35,795 nucleotides of DNA, taken from the IMG/VR virus record IMGVR_UViG_3300045988_018861; one strand, 5' to 3'. The DNA comes from a virus. Below the pieces are notes generated by a model, which had not been told where the DNA came from, ran no database searches, and saw only the letters and a list, made by a program, of their open reading frames with translations. Position numbers and translations under genes: made by a program. Positions 33,086-35,795 of this stretch are shown here, piece after piece (within the stretch, counting starts at the first letter, position 1; every line of letters starts with the position of its first letter).

Positions 33086-34529
33086 TCTGGATCAAATCGA
33101 AAAAATCACGAACCCATTTGACCTGCTGCGAGTTGATATGCTTGATGATCTGGCCGAAGAACCAGAAGAAGAGCGCATAAGGCTTTCTACGGCGCTGATT
33201 ATCAAGGCAAGTCAGCTCGGCATTCAAAAGCAGTTTGAGCAGCTTTTTAAAGCATACACGAAAGCGCTTGACAAGATTTCGGCTGACTACACACGAGAGA
33301 ACGCAAAAAAACGGTCTGCAATTAGCTTGGATTTTGATGCTAATGGTAGGCCGCTTTCAAGCGTGGACAACTTTTTGCAGGTCCTCGAAAATGATCCGAA
33401 ATTTGCGGGACTGAAATTTAACGAGCTTACATACTCGCCGGAAAAACTGGTTGATGGTAAGATGGAGCGCTGGACGGATGCCGATGACGCCGAAATGCGG
33501 AGATACATCGAGAAAAAGTATAGATTTCATTCCGTTCAAAAATCGGACGATGCTTTGCGCATCGTCATGGCCGAGAACCGGTATCATCCTGTGCGCGATA
33601 TTGTTGGGTATATCCGCTGGGATGGGCAGAGCCGAATTTATGATTTTTTGCACACGTGGACAAAATGCGAGGATACGCCATACACGCGCGAGGTCAGCCG
33701 CCTGATTTTCGCCGGTGGTATCAATCGGCTTTACAATCCCGGATGCAAATTCGATGATATGCCGGTTCTGATCGGCACAAAGCAGGGTGAGGGCAAAAGC
33801 ACACTCGTCCGATGGTTAGCGCTGGAAGATGAATACTTTTCGGAAGTAAACGAGTTTGACGGCCAGCGCGGCATTGAAGCGGTCGAGGGGGCGTGGATTT
33901 GCGAAGTATCCGAACTTCTGGCCATGACCCGCGTAAAGGAGCAGGAGGCAGTAAAAAGCTATCTGACGCGGCAAAACGACCGATATCGGATGCCGTTCGA
34001 CAAGCGCGTTACCGATCATCCGCGTCAATGCATCTTCATCGGGACGACCAACAAAGAGCAATTTTTGACTGACAAAACCGGAAACCGCCGCTTTTACCCG
34101 GTGAAGGTCAATCAAAGCGGGTATGAACTTTTCGAGCACAAGGACGAAATCAAAGCATACATTCGACAGTGCTGGGCAGAGGCGTTAAATTTATACTTTT
34201 CCGGTAATCTTGCGCCGTATGCTGATCGTTCGCTCATTCCGCAAATTCGCGCCGCGCAAGACCGTGCCGTCGAGGACGATTATCGAATCGGGCTTATAAA
34301 AGAGTACCTCGATTGCAAGGACGAGGTATGCATCATCCAGCTTTGGCGCGATGCCCTTCACAGCGATCCGCTCAAACCGACGCGCAAAGAATCGCAAGAC
34401 ATTAGCCTAATTATGCAGTCTTTCCCTGACTGGGAAAAGCAGCCGAACGCGAAAAGAATGGGAGAATACGGTGTGCAGAAGTATTGGAAACGTGTCTCCG
34501 GCCAGGCGAAAGAAGAGCTTCCGCTTTAA
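33078..34529 (+). CDS. VirE-family primase-associated P-loop NTPase (primase/helicase)
   Basis: ...HPVRDIV...WDG...LIGTKQGEGKSTLVRWL...NRRFYPVKV. Confidence 0.75.
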   Translation: MLSLDQIEKITNPFDLLRVDMLDDLAEEPEEERIRLSTALIIKASQLGIQKQFEQLFKAYTKALDKISADYTRENAKKRSAISLDFDANGRPLSSVDNFLQVLENDPKFAGLKFNELTYSPEKLVDGKMERWTDADDAEMRRYIEKKYRFHSVQKSDDALRIVMAENRYHPVRDIVGYIRWDGQSRIYDFLHTWTKCEDTPYTREVSRLIFAGGINRLYNPGCKFDDMPVLIGTKQGEGKSTLVRWLALEDEYFSEVNEFDGQRGIEAVEGAWICEVSELLAMTRVKEQEAVKSYLTRQNDRYRMPFDKRVTDHPRQCIFIGTTNKEQFLTDKTGNRRFYPVKVNQSGYELFEHKDEIKAYIRQCWAEALNLYFSGNLAPYADRSLIPQIRAAQDRAVEDDYRIGLIKEYLDCKDEVCIIQLWRDALHSDPLKPTRKESQDISLIMQSFPDWEKQPNAKRMGEYGVQKYWKRVSGQAKEELPL

Positions 34530-34552
34530 CCAAGTAGCTGTTTTGGCGTACT

Positions 34553-34808
34553 TAGTTACGCTTGGTTACATAGTTGGTTACACCCCGCAAACCATTGGTA
34601 TTACTATATTTATTACTCTTTTTTATGTAGTTTGTAACTATGTAACTAACTTTTTATAAAAATAAAAAAGATATATTTTTTATTTTAGAAATATATAATA
34701 TACAAACGTGGTTTCTTGGTTTTGGTTACACCCCAAAAAGCCGTCAAAGCATTGAAAACACTACGTTTTTTTGTAACTATGATTGCTCGGCTGAAAAAGT
34801 TGGTTACA
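34553..34808. promoter_or_regulatory. Putative replication origin: TTGGTTACA iterons, inverted TGTAAC copies and an AT-rich core
   Basis: TTGGTTACA at 34562, 34574, 34722 and 34800 (two copies extend to TTGGTTACACCCC). TGTAAC at 34633, 34641 and 34772. AT-rich 34651-34705. Confidence 0.5.
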
Positions 34809-34836
34809 AAAAAATCTGCTTTTTCTCAAAAAAGTA

Positions 34837-34865
34837 TTGACAAACGTGATAGAATAGTGTATATT
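34837..34865 (+). promoter_or_regulatory. Sigma-70-type promoter
   Basis: TTGACA, 17-nt spacer, TATATT. Confidence 0.5.
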
Positions 34866-34915
34866 ATAATCATCAAAGGGAAAACACAGAGCCAACAGGC
34901 AGAAAGGAAATTGAA

Positions 34916-35224
34916 ATGAAATACATTCTTTACATCGATTACAGCGCATCCTACAAGCCCATGACTGCCGAATATATTGCCCTGAACGCAAAGACCATCG
35001 CAGAAGCGATCATCGAAGCTGATGCAATACATGACCAGAAAACGATGTACCTCATCAAGATCATGGAAAAGCGCGGCAAGATTGAAAAAGTTGAGAGCGA
35101 TGTTAAAGCTCAAACTTACACGGCGATCATGGAAAAGCGTTCCACGAAGTGGGCAGCAGCAGAGACAAGCCACAGCGCAAAGCATTTCATGGCTAAGTTC
35201 GGCGATTGGTTTGAAATCGCATAA
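34916..35224 (+). CDS. Hypothetical protein
   Basis: AAAGGAAATTGAA-ATG; 102 aa. Confidence 0.6.
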   Translation: MKYILYIDYSASYKPMTAEYIALNAKTIAEAIIEADAIHDQKTMYLIKIMEKRGKIEKVESDVKAQTYTAIMEKRSTKWAAAETSHSAKHFMAKFGDWFEIA

Positions 35225-35274
35225 ACAAGCAAGCCGGTGGGCGGCGGCTAAACCGCCCGGAAAGGAGAAACAAC

Positions 35275-35795
35275 ATGAAAAACGAAATCATTTCCTACAA
35301 GGGCATGGACAGCAAAATGCAGTGCCGCGGGATGCAGTACGAAGTCGGCAAGGAATTCTCCGTCGACGGAGAGATCAAGTGCTGCAGCAACGGACTGCAC
35401 GCCTGCGAGCGTCCGCTGGATGTGCTCGGCTACTACGCGCCGGGCACCGGCAGCCGGTACTTCCGCGTCACGCAGAGCGGCGACCTCGCACGAGAGCTGG
35501 GCGGCGACAGCAAAGTCGCGTCCCGCAAGATGCGTGTGGATGCAGAGATCGGCATCCCCGGTCTTGTCAAAGCGCACATCGAGTACGTAAAAGCGCACAC
35601 AACGACGGAGCACACCGACCCGAAACGCGCTACTGCCGGAGACTTTGGCGCAGCTACCGCCGGAAACTTTGGCGCAGCTACCGCCGGATTCCGTGGCGCA
35701 GCTACCGCCGGATTCCGTGGCGCAGCTACCGCCGGATTCCGTGGCGCAGCTACCGCCGGAGGCAGTGGCGCAGCTACCGCCGGAGACTTTGGCGC
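35275..35795 (+). CDS. N-terminal part of the octapeptide-repeat protein (DUF7666-like N-domain), runs off the window end and continues at 2-493
   Basis: AAAGGAGAAACAAC-ATG at 35275. MKNEIISYKGMDSKMQCRGMQYEVGKEFSVDGEIKCCSNGLHACERPLDVLGYYAPG...TEHTDPKRATAGDFGAATAGNFGAATAGFRGAAT... No stop before the window end. Absent from the ORF track. Confidence 0.85.
   Translation, partial: MKNEIISYKGMDSKMQCRGMQYEVGKEFSVDGEIKCCSNGLHACERPLDVLGYYAPGTGSRYFRVTQSGDLARELGGDSKVASRKMRVDAEIGIPGLVKAHIEYVKAHTTTEHTDPKRATAGDFGAATAGNFGAATAGFRGAATAGFRGAATAGFRGAATAGGSGAATAGDFG
35629..35795 (+). repeat. 24-nt tandem repeat array (about 7 units), same family as 1-265
   Basis: gc(t/a)ac(t/c)gccgga plus a variable 6-mer plus ggcgca, in frame with the ORF starting at 35275. 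Confidence 0.95.

Larger units (their letters stand above)
1..35795. mobile_element. Complete tailed-phage genome (circularly closed or terminally redundant contig, unit length about 35.75 kb)
   Basis: Full packaging, head, tail, lysis and replication modules in canonical order. Positions 1-42 are identical to 35754-35795, and the join preserves an ORF. Confidence 0.85.

Noticed and set aside
34471-34919. Track ORFs 34471-34659 and 34716-34919
   Set aside because: They lie in the AT-rich iteron region, lack ribosome-binding sites and translate to low-complexity Ile/Val/Tyr/Lys strings. The region is better explained as origin/promoter DNA.

Overview
The window reads as one complete tailed-phage genome (siphovirus-type gene order, Firmicutes/Clostridia-like proteins) that was linearised inside a gene. 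The last 42 nt (35754-35795) are identical to the first 42 nt (1-42). Joining them keeps one ORF in frame and gives a circle of about 35.75 kb. Nearly all genes are on the + strand.

Layout:
(i) 35275->493, across the junction: an octapeptide-repeat protein that the ORF track misses.
(ii) 0.5-6.8 kb, early/accessory block: a small membrane ORF, an unusual C5-cytosine methyltransferase locus, a run of small Cys-rich/zinc-ribbon proteins with a recurring 'EYIE' gene-start motif, a MazG-like NTP pyrophosphohydrolase, and a ParB-like + Mom-like pair.
(iii) 6844-6917 (- strand): a tRNA-like element.
(iv) 6.98-22.7 kb, packaging and morphogenesis: TerS, TerL, portal, a displaced fibre-like cassette that includes a tyrosine-phosphatase-domain protein, minor head protein, scaffold, major capsid, connectors, major tail, G/GT chaperone with a -1 slippery site, tape measure, Dit and Tal.
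(v) 22.7-24.4 kb: lysis cassette.
(vi) 25.18-26.9 and 27.3-27.9 kb: two small minus-strand islands of unknown function, bounded by hairpin terminators.
(vii) 28.0-34.5 kb, replication/recombination/nucleotide module: Sak4-like ATPase, DUF669/SSB-like protein, ERCC4 nuclease, DUF5664-type dNTP pyrophosphohydrolase, XRE HTH, ThyX-like protein, CHC2 zinc finger and VirE-type primase/helicase, followed by an iteron + AT-rich putative origin.

I saw no integrase, recombinase, CI-like repressor, CRISPR array or rRNA.

The most unusual locus is the C5-methyltransferase at 642-2097. Its conserved motifs run IV-VI-VIII-TRD-IX-X-I along the DNA. It sits in two reading frames that overlap for about 476 nt, and it carries an in-frame TGA where related enzymes, from memory, have a conserved Trp.

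All functional calls come from motif recognition by eye. No database search was run.
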